Source: Patescibacteria group bacterium (GTDB taxonomy: Bacteria > Patescibacteriota > UBA1384 > 2-12-FULL-50-11). From it: a DNA stretch of 60,062 bases. Of this stretch, positions 28,419 to 37,996 are shown in pieces. Within the stretch, counting starts at the first letter, position 1. Every line of letters begins with the position of its first letter. The notes under the pieces were generated by a model. It ran no database searches and was not told the origin of the DNA. It saw nothing but the letters and a program-made list of their open reading frames with translations. The position numbers and the translations under genes are program-made. The stretch spans positions 5,383-65,444 of the forward strand of contig JBBDZM010000015.1 in assembly GCA_040900165.1 (NCBI GenBank). The letters run 5' to 3'.

Positions 28419-30044
28419 ATGAACTGGAGGGGAAGATTGAAATCACTTCTGCCGTTTTTAGCGATAGTCGGGTTGCTGTGCATATCGGTCAGCCCCATGC
28501 TTCGACCATTAACAGCTCACGCTTTAGGCGACGCAAAATTTTTATTAACAAGGGGGACTTTAGACCTTAGAAGGACCACGGATACAGAGGTGGTGTCATC
28601 CGCTAGATTCCAAGTATCTGAAGATGGCGCGCCAGACGAAGAGATCGGCTTTGTCACGATAAATTTATCGCTAGCTAAAGTCTCTACAAATGGGGTTTTT
28701 GAGCGCTGGAAGGTTAACAAAATAACTTTTACCAATGGAAACTTTAAACCGTACACAAGGGGCGGGCAGACGCTACCAAACAAAAGTACGGCTAACGGAT
28801 CGGTTTTGACGCTCTACAACGATGATCAACAGCTAGTAAAAAGATTCGATTATTCTAGCTCCGTACCAAACTACGGGTATGTGATTATCAACCAAAAGGC
28901 AATAACAAGTATCAACGCTGATTACCCGGGTATTTACGTTAAAGACGTAGGTTCTGGCAATGAGTCCATTATTCCCTACGATCGAATTACTCAAAACGAG
29001 TTAAGCCCCATTTCCGCTATGGCTCAAACCTATAAATTTGCCGGGAGCATTGCCAGTGTCGGTGAGATTGCTGGTCAAACCTTTGTGCCGTACTCGCCAG
29101 TTTTTAATTACGATTTAAACCCTGAGAATTCTTCCATTGATGCTGTTAGTAAAGAACAGGCTGAGGGTTGGTATGCGGGACAGAACCTGGGGAAGCTAAT
29201 GATCCAACGGTTTGAAGAACAAAATAAACCGCCTTTTGTAGATATAGCAGCCCATAGTGGTCTACGACGACCAAAAATAAGATTTGTTCTTTCTCATATG
29301 GGCGCAGAAGGTTCGGGTTGGTTTCTTTGGGATAATATGACTTGGGCAGTTTTTACTGCTCACCGGGTTGATAGTAACGGCCAAGAATCTTCATCAGTAA
29401 GTAGCAACCTTTATCTTCTGGTTAACGATAACGGTGACGCTAGTATCGCCTACGACGAAGACCGCCTAGGCATTGAAAAAGGTAAATTTGAACCTATCGT
29501 CGATGTTAATATCCCCGATGATAATATTAACCAGTTTTATGGCTACGCCTACACCCACGTGCCCCAAAATACCCAACAAGAGAACTGCGGCGAGGAGCTG
29601 ACTTACACGATTGGACCAAGCGGTGCTGACTATCGGCACTATACCAATATCCCTGGGCGTCCCGACCCAGCTAGTGAGCTCAACGGCAACTGTCTTGCGG
29701 ATAGTCCCGTTGGTTGGCCAGTTTACTGGGGCGTCACTGTTAATAGTGTGCCTTCCAACGCGTTAGGCGATGGTGGTTGTAGCCTTAACTGGATAATAAA
29801 TGGCGGAATCGCCGGACAATTAGCAGGGGCGGGTAAAGATTCCCCACCGTCAATAATTACTGATTTAGATATTGACGAGAGCCAACTAACTAACCCCATG
29901 GCTCGCATTGCTGTGTGTATGTATCAGTGGCTGGTTGATCCATTAGTTAAATGGGGGGCGGATCTAATAACTAACGTTGGTGGAGTAGCGTATAAACACG
30001 CACCCGAGTATAAATTTGAAAGCATCATATACTACGATGCGTAA
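28419..30044 (+). CDS. secreted hypothetical protein (first gene of the T4SS-like operon)
   Basis: ATG 28419 gives signal peptide MNWRGRLKSLLPFLAIVGLLCISVSPMLRPLTAHA. The track ORF starts at GTG 28332. No family recognised. Confidence 0.55.
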   Translation: MNWRGRLKSLLPFLAIVGLLCISVSPMLRPLTAHALGDAKFLLTRGTLDLRRTTDTEVVSSARFQVSEDGAPDEEIGFVTINLSLAKVSTNGVFERWKVNKITFTNGNFKPYTRGGQTLPNKSTANGSVLTLYNDDQQLVKRFDYSSSVPNYGYVIINQKAITSINADYPGIYVKDVGSGNESIIPYDRITQNELSPISAMAQTYKFAGSIASVGEIAGQTFVPYSPVFNYDLNPENSSIDAVSKEQAEGWYAGQNLGKLMIQRFEEQNKPPFVDIAAHSGLRRPKIRFVLSHMGAEGSGWFLWDNMTWAVFTAHRVDSNGQESSSVSSNLYLLVNDNGDASIAYDEDRLGIEKGKFEPIVDVNIPDDNINQFYGYAYTHVPQNTQQENCGEELTYTIGPSGADYRHYTNIPGRPDPASELNGNCLADSPVGWPVYWGVTVNSVPSNALGDGGCSLNWIINGGIAGQLAGAGKDSPPSIITDLDIDESQLTNPMARIAVCMYQWLVDPLVKWGADLITNVGGVAYKHAPEYKFESIIYYDA

Positions 30045-32469
30045 GTTTCTGTTTATTATTTTGGGGGCAATCACTTTATCTATACTACCGGTGAGTTTGT
30101 CGTTAACTAGCAATACAACCGCCGAACCCCAGCGAGTTTATGCTCAACAAAACTGCGACAGCGACAAAGCTGGGCCGTGTTCGCTAGCTGAAAGGATTTC
30201 CGAGCCGTCTGGCTTTGTTTTCCCTGCCTGGAAGGCCACAAGGGGGATAATAAACGTTCTGTTAATCTTGGCCCTGTTGTTAATTTCATTTTCAAACATC
30301 TCCCATGGCTTGTTTGGCCTTAATCTTGACTCCTATACTATTAAGAAAGCCCTGCCCAACCTTTTCTTGGGAATTATCTTGGCAAACGCCAGTATGTTTA
30401 TCATTCGCTATCTTGCCGACATCGCTACGGTTGTTGTTTACTTTTTTGTCGAATTGGCGAGAGGTCCGGGGGCATTGTTTAGTGAGTTCCTTACGGCCGT
30501 TATCGGTACCGTTGGAATTAAAACCATTGTTGCTACCCAGAGTGCTTCCTTGGCAGGTGTGGCATCGATAATTTATTTAATCTTAGGGTTGGTTATCGCT
30601 GTTGGGATGATCTGGCTAGCGGTCATTCTTTATATTCGATTGGCAGTGGTCTACCTATTAACAATCCTCTCTCCATTAGCATTTGTTGCTTATGGTATCC
30701 CCGGTATGGGTAAGTACTTTACCCAGTGGTGGCAACTATTTATTAAGTGGCTGTTTATATTGCCGGCGATGTGCGCAGTATTCTGGTTGATGTTGGAGAT
30801 TCATAAATCCGGTGAGGTATCGCTAATAAGAACTGTGCTCACCTATATTCTATTCTTTACAGCACTAACCATACCTACCAAGTGGGGAGGAGCGATTGTC
30901 AGTAAGACACAAAATGCATTTAAGAAGGCTGGGTTAGTAGCAGGGGCTACGTCGCAGAACCTAGGGCTGGATGCGTCTTTAGCTGGTTCTAACCTAGCCA
31001 AAAGAGCAGAAAAAGCTAAGGGACTTAGGAAGTTACTCCCCGGAGCGGGTGCTGGAGTCCTAAAGGGGATTGGTGTAATTGCCGCCCCAACTAGAATTAA
31101 AGCTGGCCTAGATAGAAGATGGAAAGGCAAGCAGAAGGCACGAGAGTTTGAGACCAAACAGTCGGGTCTATATAAGCGATTGGCCGGCAAAGACGCGCGC
31201 TACATGGACGCTATGGAGAAACAGTTTGAAGACCTCAACGGCCTCTCTGCTGACGATATTTTTGAAGATCTGAAGTCGGTTGACGATAAAGGGAACGAAA
31301 TAAAAGAGAAAAAAGCCTTGCAGAAATGGTTTGATGGGCTGAGCCCAAAAGACCGCCACAGCCTACTAACAACACCTTTCAACTCTTGGCTCGCTGCCAG
31401 TAAAAACAAACCCCCGGGGAGCTTAGAAGACGCCGGCAAATTCGCTGCCTCAATGAAGCGCTACAATATGGAGTCCAGAAGAAGAACTCAACGTGTCGGT
31501 GGAGCGGAGGCACTCAAGAACGCCGGCTGGGATCATGAAAAAGTTAAACAGCAGCAGGCTGATGAGAAAGGTACCAATCCCTACGGTAATATCGCCGGGC
31601 TGTCAGCTACACATTTAACGGCGATAAATAACGCTATCAAACAAGGGAAAACTCCCGAAGAGGTTGCGGCAACCCTGGGCGGACAGTATGGCCTCGACCC
31701 CAAACAGGTAGCAGCTGCTGCCCGAGATTTAGAGGCCGACATCCATCTTAAGCTTCATATCGACCATTTCGCCGGCAATTTCGGTCCAGCTGCTTCTAAA
31801 GAGATCGCCGAAGCCGGCGCAAAGCTTAGTGAAGAATTCGACGAAGCCTTCGAATCTAAGAGTAACCCCTCATTCGACCGGATTATTAGTAGCTCACAAG
31901 AGTTCTTAAAGAAGGCTGGGTATTTTGGAGCCCCCGATCTTGGCGGCGACAAGCAGCCCGCCGAGCAAGCAGCGGAAATGCAGAGAAAGGTTCGGCTAGT
32001 TAGCAGTGGGGCAAACGCAGTAGCCAACAACCAAACTGCTTCTGCGACCAACAGGCTGGGAAGCTCGATAGAGTCTATGGGGGGACAGCTCGATCAGCTG
32101 GCAGGTTCGGGCGCATCACATGAGCGGCAGGCAGCAGTTATCCAGGACAACGAGCAAGTGAATCAGATTATCACAAACAATGTGACCCAACAGGCCCAGA
32201 TACTAAACAAAAATTTAAGCGCAGAAGAAATCAACAATATTAGCCAAAACGTAAAGAACAGCGTCCTGACAGGCCTAACAGAAAAACACACCTTAAAACG
32301 TATCTTTGGTTCGGAGAAATTCCAACAGACATTAAAGAACACTATTATCAGCTCCGGAATTGGGTCGCAGACCACCACCCCGCCGCCTACCCAAGATAGT
32401 TCAGCAGAACCCCCGCCGCAAGAAACGGCTCCGGTAGATAATTCCGCCCCGCCACCTCCAGAAGCATAG
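30037..32469 (+). CDS. VirB6/TrbL-like polytopic membrane protein with a long hydrophilic tail
   Basis: Signal/TM then about 6-7 TM helices in the first 300 aa or so, a C-terminal region of about 450 aa, and a Pro-rich end (TTTPPPTQ..APPPPEA). ATG 30037 overlaps the upstream stop. Confidence 0.55.
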   Translation: MRKFLFIILGAITLSILPVSLSLTSNTTAEPQRVYAQQNCDSDKAGPCSLAERISEPSGFVFPAWKATRGIINVLLILALLLISFSNISHGLFGLNLDSYTIKKALPNLFLGIILANASMFIIRYLADIATVVVYFFVELARGPGALFSEFLTAVIGTVGIKTIVATQSASLAGVASIIYLILGLVIAVGMIWLAVILYIRLAVVYLLTILSPLAFVAYGIPGMGKYFTQWWQLFIKWLFILPAMCAVFWLMLEIHKSGEVSLIRTVLTYILFFTALTIPTKWGGAIVSKTQNAFKKAGLVAGATSQNLGLDASLAGSNLAKRAEKAKGLRKLLPGAGAGVLKGIGVIAAPTRIKAGLDRRWKGKQKAREFETKQSGLYKRLAGKDARYMDAMEKQFEDLNGLSADDIFEDLKSVDDKGNEIKEKKALQKWFDGLSPKDRHSLLTTPFNSWLAASKNKPPGSLEDAGKFAASMKRYNMESRRRTQRVGGAEALKNAGWDHEKVKQQQADEKGTNPYGNIAGLSATHLTAINNAIKQGKTPEEVAATLGGQYGLDPKQVAAAARDLEADIHLKLHIDHFAGNFGPAASKEIAEAGAKLSEEFDEAFESKSNPSFDRIISSSQEFLKKAGYFGAPDLGGDKQPAEQAAEMQRKVRLVSSGANAVANNQTASATNRLGSSIESMGGQLDQLAGSGASHERQAAVIQDNEQVNQIITNNVTQQAQILNKNLSAEEINNISQNVKNSVLTGLTEKHTLKRIFGSEKFQQTLKNTIISSGIGSQTTTPPPTQDSSAEPPPQETAPVDNSAPPPPEA

Positions 32470-32475
32470 GCTCAT

Positions 32476-33381
32476 ATGGAGCAGTTGGATTACACACCGG
32501 AAGATAGCGAGAATTTAGAGGAAAATTCAGACATTTTTGAGATGTCTGCCTTTCCAGAAGCGTACCAAGATATTGTTGGCCGCCATAACGAGGAGTTCAG
32601 GGCAATACTAGAGCAAACACTCCCGGCCGAGCTTATTGACGGGGCCATTTCGAGAATCACCTTCGAACGTGATGACCCCACTGAAGTAAACCGTGCCTAT
32701 GGCGTCAGCGCCGTTGCCGTTTGTGAAACAGGTGGCGTAATAAAAATATTTGAGGGCTTCTTTGAGAAAACCTACGCGGAGCAGCAGTATATATTGGCGC
32801 ACGAAACTGGGCACGCACTAACACAGATTATTTTCTCGGGGGCAAAGACTTACGAAGAGTTATCCCGACTAAACGCATCCAGTGACAGTGCCGGCGAAAC
32901 ACTGTATGTGCAACACATGGCGGAGATGGTACAACGTGGGAAACTAGATCAAAGAGCTCTTTTTCACGAACAAACGGCCGAGAGAATGGCCGCTTACATA
33001 TTAGGGGGAGGCGACTTTGCAAATATGTTGGAGATTCAAGCAATTTATTTACGTGAGCCTGGCGAACTTTTCAGGGGCATTCCCGAAGACATATTGAAAG
33101 ATAAAGATGCCCTGCGCAACTTTCTAAACAATAATGAAACCGATAATAAGCTATTAGAAATGACTAGAGAGTATCACAGGCTGATTAATGGAGCGGTTCG
33201 CCAGACAGAGCAAACATCTGGAGAAGTGGTGGACTGGCACTTTAGGGCAGTCGATGACTCGACTTTGGGCGAAAGCCCATTCCTAAGCGCCCACTCCAAG
33301 CACCACGAAGAGGCCCCACTGCAGACAAAATCTCTCTGGAGCTTCTTATTAGAGTTCTTGCTCCAGACAAAACAGCCTTAA
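32476..33381 (+). CDS. HExxH motif protein (putative zinc metallopeptidase-like), no signal peptide
   Basis: YILAHETGHALTQ motif, an acidic N-terminus and no TM or signal sequence. Confidence 0.45.
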   Translation: MEQLDYTPEDSENLEENSDIFEMSAFPEAYQDIVGRHNEEFRAILEQTLPAELIDGAISRITFERDDPTEVNRAYGVSAVAVCETGGVIKIFEGFFEKTYAEQQYILAHETGHALTQIIFSGAKTYEELSRLNASSDSAGETLYVQHMAEMVQRGKLDQRALFHEQTAERMAAYILGGGDFANMLEIQAIYLREPGELFRGIPEDILKDKDALRNFLNNNETDNKLLEMTREYHRLINGAVRQTEQTSGEVVDWHFRAVDDSTLGESPFLSAHSKHHEEAPLQTKSLWSFLLEFLLQTKQP

Positions 33382-33454
33382 GATATCGAACAGTTTAGGC
33401 TACACTGTTCATTATGGAGGGTTATGCAGTTGAGGGGTTGCATACGATGGGCTG

Positions 33455-33877
33455 ATGCAGTTTAAAGTGCCTCAGAACATTGATATGGAGGATAAGATTA
33501 TTGGGCCGCTGACGCTGACCCAGTTCTTCTATTTGCTGTTTGGCGGCGTTATTATCTACATCCTTTTTGGCAAGCTGGTTCTAACCGGCTATTCGTTTTT
33601 GTTCTGGATTTTAGCCATACCGCTTGGGACTTTTAGCTTTGCCATGGCTTTTATCAAAATCCAAGACCGGCCGTTCCCGTCGTTTTTCTTTGCGATGATT
33701 AAATACATCACCACCCCCCGGGCTCGAGTTTGGCAGCACTATACCAGACCCAACCAAGTCAAGCCGAAAGCGCCCGTTGCCAAACCAACCAACTACTCCA
33801 AAAAGTCGTTCGACACCGTCCGAGTTAACGAGTTGGCCGAGATAATGGATAAAGACCTACCAAGGGCAAAGGAATAA
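33455..33877 (+). CDS. PrgI/VirB3-like small membrane protein
   Basis: FKVPQNIDMEDKIIGPLTLTQFFYLLFG followed by two TM helices, immediately upstream of and overlapping virB4 (TAATG). Confidence 0.6.
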   Translation: MQFKVPQNIDMEDKIIGPLTLTQFFYLLFGGVIIYILFGKLVLTGYSFLFWILAIPLGTFSFAMAFIKIQDRPFPSFFFAMIKYITTPRARVWQHYTRPNQVKPKAPVAKPTNYSKKSFDTVRVNELAEIMDKDLPRAKE

Positions 33878-36555
33878 TGGCTAAAAAAGATCAGATCAAA
33901 CCAGTTGCAACTCAAAAGTACCTGCAGATCGAGCGAATCCGCGAGGGAATAATTATTCTTAAAGACGGTCGCCTGCGCAAAATTGTTAAATGTATGCCGC
34001 TTAATTTTGATTTAAAGAGTGAAAAAGAAAAAGAAGTCGCCGTTTACCAATACCAAAATTTTCTTAACTCCTTAAAGTTCCCGCTCCAAATTGTCGTTCA
34101 GTCCCGCCGGGTTGATCTATCGGCTTATATCGAGAAAGTCGAGCACGCCAGCGCTAACGAGATTAACGAGCTTTTGCAAAAGCAGTCCACAGACTACCTC
34201 GATTTCATCAAGACCTTGAGTGAGCAGGTCAATATTATGGAGAAATCTTTTTACTTAATCGTTGGCCATACTGTTAAAGGCGCCGTTGAACAACAAACGT
34301 TTATCGACAAAGTTCTTGGTAAAAAACGGATTGGCTTGACCGATGTTAGCGACACGGACTTTGCTGCCTACAAAGAAGTCCTTCAGGAGCGAACCCGCAC
34401 AGTTGCCGGCCGGTTGAATTCGTTAGGCATTCAAACCCACGATCTGGACACCAAGGAAATTATCGAGCTCTTCTATAACTCCTACAACCCCGAGGAGTCG
34501 TTTACCCAACATATGAGCAACCCCGACCAAGTAACGGCGCCGGTGATTGAGAAGGGCCAAGACCTGCTTAAACAAGCCGGAGTGGTTGAGCAAAAAGCCG
34601 ACGGCACTCCGGCTCCGCCAGCTGGCGGACCAGCCAGCTCGCAAGAGGGCGAGGTGAAAATTGACCAAGCGGCGGCCGCCGACATTGGTAACGAGGCCAA
34701 AACGATGCGCAAAACGACCGTCAATCAGATTTTTAACCGGCTGGGCATTAAAGCCACCGACGAGCAGAACACCGAGGCGGTCTTGCGCCAAGGGATTGCC
34801 AGCATTCTGGACGTAATTGCCCCGGGCGGTATGAACATTACCCCCAACTACGTTCAGCTTGGTAGCTACTACCTGCGCACTCTGTTTGTCTACACCTACC
34901 CCCGATATTTACAGGCCAACTGGCTCTCGCCGATTATCAACTACGACACCACGCTGGATTTGGGAATGTTTATCTACCCAGTTGAGACTAATATTTTAGT
35001 CGGGCAACTGCGCCGCAAAACCACTCAACTGCAATCGAGCCTGCAGATCGAATCCGAAAAGGGCCTGGTCCGTAATCCGGAGCTGGAGACGGCCGTTGGC
35101 GACATCGAAGAGCTGCGCGACACCCTTCAAAAAGGCGAAACCCGGCTGTTCCAAATGGGGCTGTATTTTACAATTTACGCCAGCACGATCGACGAGCTCA
35201 ACAAGCTCTCCAAACAGTTTGAGTCGATTCTCGGCGGCCAATTAATCTACACCAAACAGGCACTCCTGCAGATGGAGCAGGGCTTTAACTCAACGATGCC
35301 ACTGTTGGACGACCAGATGGATATCGTCCGCAACCTCGATACCGCCTCACTCTCCACCACCTTCCCGTTCACCTCGGCCGAGTTAAGCCACCACGACGGC
35401 GTGCTCTACGGCATTAACCTGCACAATAGCTCGTTAGTGCTGTTTGATCGCTTCAAAATGGAGAACGCCAACCAAGTGGTTTTTGCCAAATCCGGCGCCG
35501 GTAAATCCTACGCCGTTAAATTGGAGGCGATCCGTTCGCTGATGCTCGGCACCGAAGTAATTATTATCGACCCAGAAAACGAATACAAAGCTCTCGCTCA
35601 AGCGGTCGGCGGCAGCTACGTCGACTTATCGCTTAACTCCAGCCAAAAAATTAATCCGTTTGATCTGCCGAAATACCGCGAAGGCTCCGGCGAAACCGGC
35701 GAACAACTACTGCGTAGCACCGTTACCTCGGTCCACGGCCTAGTTAGTTTGATGGCCGGCGGTCTAAACCCCGAGGAAGACAACTTGCTCGACAAAGGGC
35801 TCTACGAAACTTACGCGCTGCGCGATATCACCAGCGATCCGGCCAGCCACGCTAACACCCCACCAACGATGAGCGATTTGGTAACGGTTCTGCAAAATAT
35901 GAGCGCGACCGAATCGTTGGTTAATCGCTTGGCCAAATACACCGACGGCAGTTTTGCTGGATTATTTAACTCCCAAACCAATATCGATATGAACAACAAG
36001 GTGACCGTTTTCTCGATCCGCGATATGGAAGATGAGCTCCGCCCAATCGCTATGTATATGTCGCTTAACTATATTTGGAGCCGGGTCAAAAGCGACCTGC
36101 GCAAACGGATGATGATTATCGATGAGGGTTGGGTAATGATGCGCTTTGAGGATTCGGCCAAGTTTGTTAACGCAATCGCTAAGCGGGCTCGCAAATATTA
36201 TCTGGGCCTAACGGTGATCAGCCAGGACGTTGAGGACTTTTTGAACTCGCCGTACGGCCGGTCGGTCGTTAACAACTCCTCCACCCAGCTGCTGCTAGGG
36301 CAGTCAACCGCCGCCATCGATAAAATTGCCGAAGTCTTCAAGCTAACTGACGGCGAAAAGTTCTTCCTGACCGAGGCCGAGGTCGGCCAAGGCCTGTTTT
36401 TTGCCGGCAACAACCGAGCGGCGATTCAGATAGTTTCGTCGTACACCGAGGATCAAATTATCACTACTGATCCAAAGCAGCTGCTGGAGATGTACGGAAT
36501 CAGCGGCGGCGCAGGCACCGAGCCCGCAGCCCCTACCATAAACCCAAATGGCTGA
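33877..36555 (+). CDS. virB4: VirB4/TraE-type T4SS ATPase
   Basis: 892 aa with Walker A FAKSGAGKSY, Walker B-like MMIIDEGW, and the size and position typical of VirB4/PrgJ/TcpF-type ATPases. Confidence 0.85.
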   Translation: MAKKDQIKPVATQKYLQIERIREGIIILKDGRLRKIVKCMPLNFDLKSEKEKEVAVYQYQNFLNSLKFPLQIVVQSRRVDLSAYIEKVEHASANEINELLQKQSTDYLDFIKTLSEQVNIMEKSFYLIVGHTVKGAVEQQTFIDKVLGKKRIGLTDVSDTDFAAYKEVLQERTRTVAGRLNSLGIQTHDLDTKEIIELFYNSYNPEESFTQHMSNPDQVTAPVIEKGQDLLKQAGVVEQKADGTPAPPAGGPASSQEGEVKIDQAAAADIGNEAKTMRKTTVNQIFNRLGIKATDEQNTEAVLRQGIASILDVIAPGGMNITPNYVQLGSYYLRTLFVYTYPRYLQANWLSPIINYDTTLDLGMFIYPVETNILVGQLRRKTTQLQSSLQIESEKGLVRNPELETAVGDIEELRDTLQKGETRLFQMGLYFTIYASTIDELNKLSKQFESILGGQLIYTKQALLQMEQGFNSTMPLLDDQMDIVRNLDTASLSTTFPFTSAELSHHDGVLYGINLHNSSLVLFDRFKMENANQVVFAKSGAGKSYAVKLEAIRSLMLGTEVIIIDPENEYKALAQAVGGSYVDLSLNSSQKINPFDLPKYREGSGETGEQLLRSTVTSVHGLVSLMAGGLNPEEDNLLDKGLYETYALRDITSDPASHANTPPTMSDLVTVLQNMSATESLVNRLAKYTDGSFAGLFNSQTNIDMNNKVTVFSIRDMEDELRPIAMYMSLNYIWSRVKSDLRKRMMIIDEGWVMMRFEDSAKFVNAIAKRARKYYLGLTVISQDVEDFLNSPYGRSVVNNSSTQLLLGQSTAAIDKIAEVFKLTDGEKFFLTEAEVGQGLFFAGNNRAAIQIVSSYTEDQIITTDPKQLLEMYGISGGAGTEPAAPTINPNG

Positions 36556-37996
36556 GCCAATCCAACCCTTAGTTCCGGAGGATATCGGCCCAGAAGAGCT
36601 GGAGGAAGCTCTCGAGCCGCAAGAGCTAGAGGTAGAAGATCAAGATCAGGGCCCCGATCGAATCGATCAGCTCAAAGATCAGCTCAAAGAAAAATATAGA
36701 GAAAACCAAGAACGGAAACGTCAAGAGCAGGAACAAGCCAAGCAAACAGAGGCCGAAAAACCACCCCAACAAACCGAACAACCGGCTGAAAACCCCGAAC
36801 TAACCGAGCGCAAACAAGCCAAAACCCAAAACGAAGTTGATCGGGTTAAATCTGGTGAACAGAAGCTCCAAAAGGCCACTGGCAAAGTGGAAAAAACCGT
36901 CGGCAAAGAAGCGGTTGGGGCGGCCGAGCGAGAAACAGCCGTCGCCGCCAAACAAGGGGCAAAAGTTGCCGGCAAAGCCGCGGGACAGGCGGCCAAAGCC
37001 GCTGCCCAGGCAACCGCTCAAGCGGTTAGGGCGGCCGTTGCTGCTACCTCGGAAATCTGGGGCCCAGTGCTGATTGTTATTTTAATTATTGTGGTAATTG
37101 TGGCGGTTATTTTCATACTCTTCTCGTTTAGTAAAGGTACCGGCAAGGGCCCGGCCCAGTACCCGGCAACTGCCTACGACCAAACGCAGATTGTTTCGTT
37201 GTTAGCCGTCTCCAGCGACAGTAATGCCACCCGTGAAAAAGTTCTAACAGAAATTAATAAAATGGAGGAGAGGTTAAACGGCCTTAAGAGCGACGCCCGC
37301 AAGAAATACAACGCCACCAAAGCCCAGGCCGCCGGAGCGGAAATTGATATTATTATTGAGCAGATTAACCTGTTAAAACCGGTCGCTGACGACCCAGTTG
37401 GCCGAAAGACGATAATCGATAAAATTAATATCTCGCTGGGAAGCTTGGCTACAAAGTACCCGGAGCTACTGTTTTCGGCCGGCAACTGCGGCGACCTCCA
37501 GAGCTACATTGACGGCGGCCAGTTTGTAATTGCTCGCAGCCCGGAGCGGTCCACTATCGCCAAAGGGTATCTCGTTCGGGGTGGTCACTCCTCAATCGCT
37601 CGCTCCGAACAGGGACAGGTCCAGATCAACCCGAAACTTTGTAACGTTATTCTATTTGTTTTGAAAAACGGCTACGACATTGGCGGAGTCACCCTAACTT
37701 TTGGGCACCGCAAATATTCATCTGGCACCACTTTCTCCCAGCACTACGTTGCAGAGGCTATCGACATTGCATCGCTCAACGGCGCATCGTTTGGTAGTGC
37801 CAAATGGAAATCACAGTCGAGTACTTTAATGCAGTTGCTTCAGCAGAACTATCAACAGCTGGGGATTTGGGAGCTGTGGGGGCCGGCTAATTTCTCCGTT
37901 AACGACTGTAAAACGACTGGACAAACCATCGGCGGGCACGACAACCATATTCACCTGGGGGTAACCAACCCAACCAAGGAGCAATCATGTCGGTAG
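36548..37996 (+). CDS. bitopic membrane protein with a C-terminal LAS (M15/hedgehog-type) zinc-peptidase-like domain
   Basis: Acidic then Lys/Ala/Gln-rich N-terminus and one TM helix (IWGPVLIVILIIVVIVAVIFILF). Has SQHYVAEAIDI (37736-) and HDNHIHLG (37937-), which resemble the SxHxxGxAxD and terminal His motifs. Confidence 0.55.
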   Translation: MAEPIQPLVPEDIGPEELEEALEPQELEVEDQDQGPDRIDQLKDQLKEKYRENQERKRQEQEQAKQTEAEKPPQQTEQPAENPELTERKQAKTQNEVDRVKSGEQKLQKATGKVEKTVGKEAVGAAERETAVAAKQGAKVAGKAAGQAAKAAAQATAQAVRAAVAATSEIWGPVLIVILIIVVIVAVIFILFSFSKGTGKGPAQYPATAYDQTQIVSLLAVSSDSNATREKVLTEINKMEERLNGLKSDARKKYNATKAQAAGAEIDIIIEQINLLKPVADDPVGRKTIIDKINISLGSLATKYPELLFSAGNCGDLQSYIDGGQFVIARSPERSTIAKGYLVRGGHSSIARSEQGQVQINPKLCNVILFVLKNGYDIGGVTLTFGHRKYSSGTTFSQHYVAEAIDIASLNGASFGSAKWKSQSSTLMQLLQQNYQQLGIWELWGPANFSVNDCKTTGQTIGGHDNHIHLGVTNPTKEQSCR

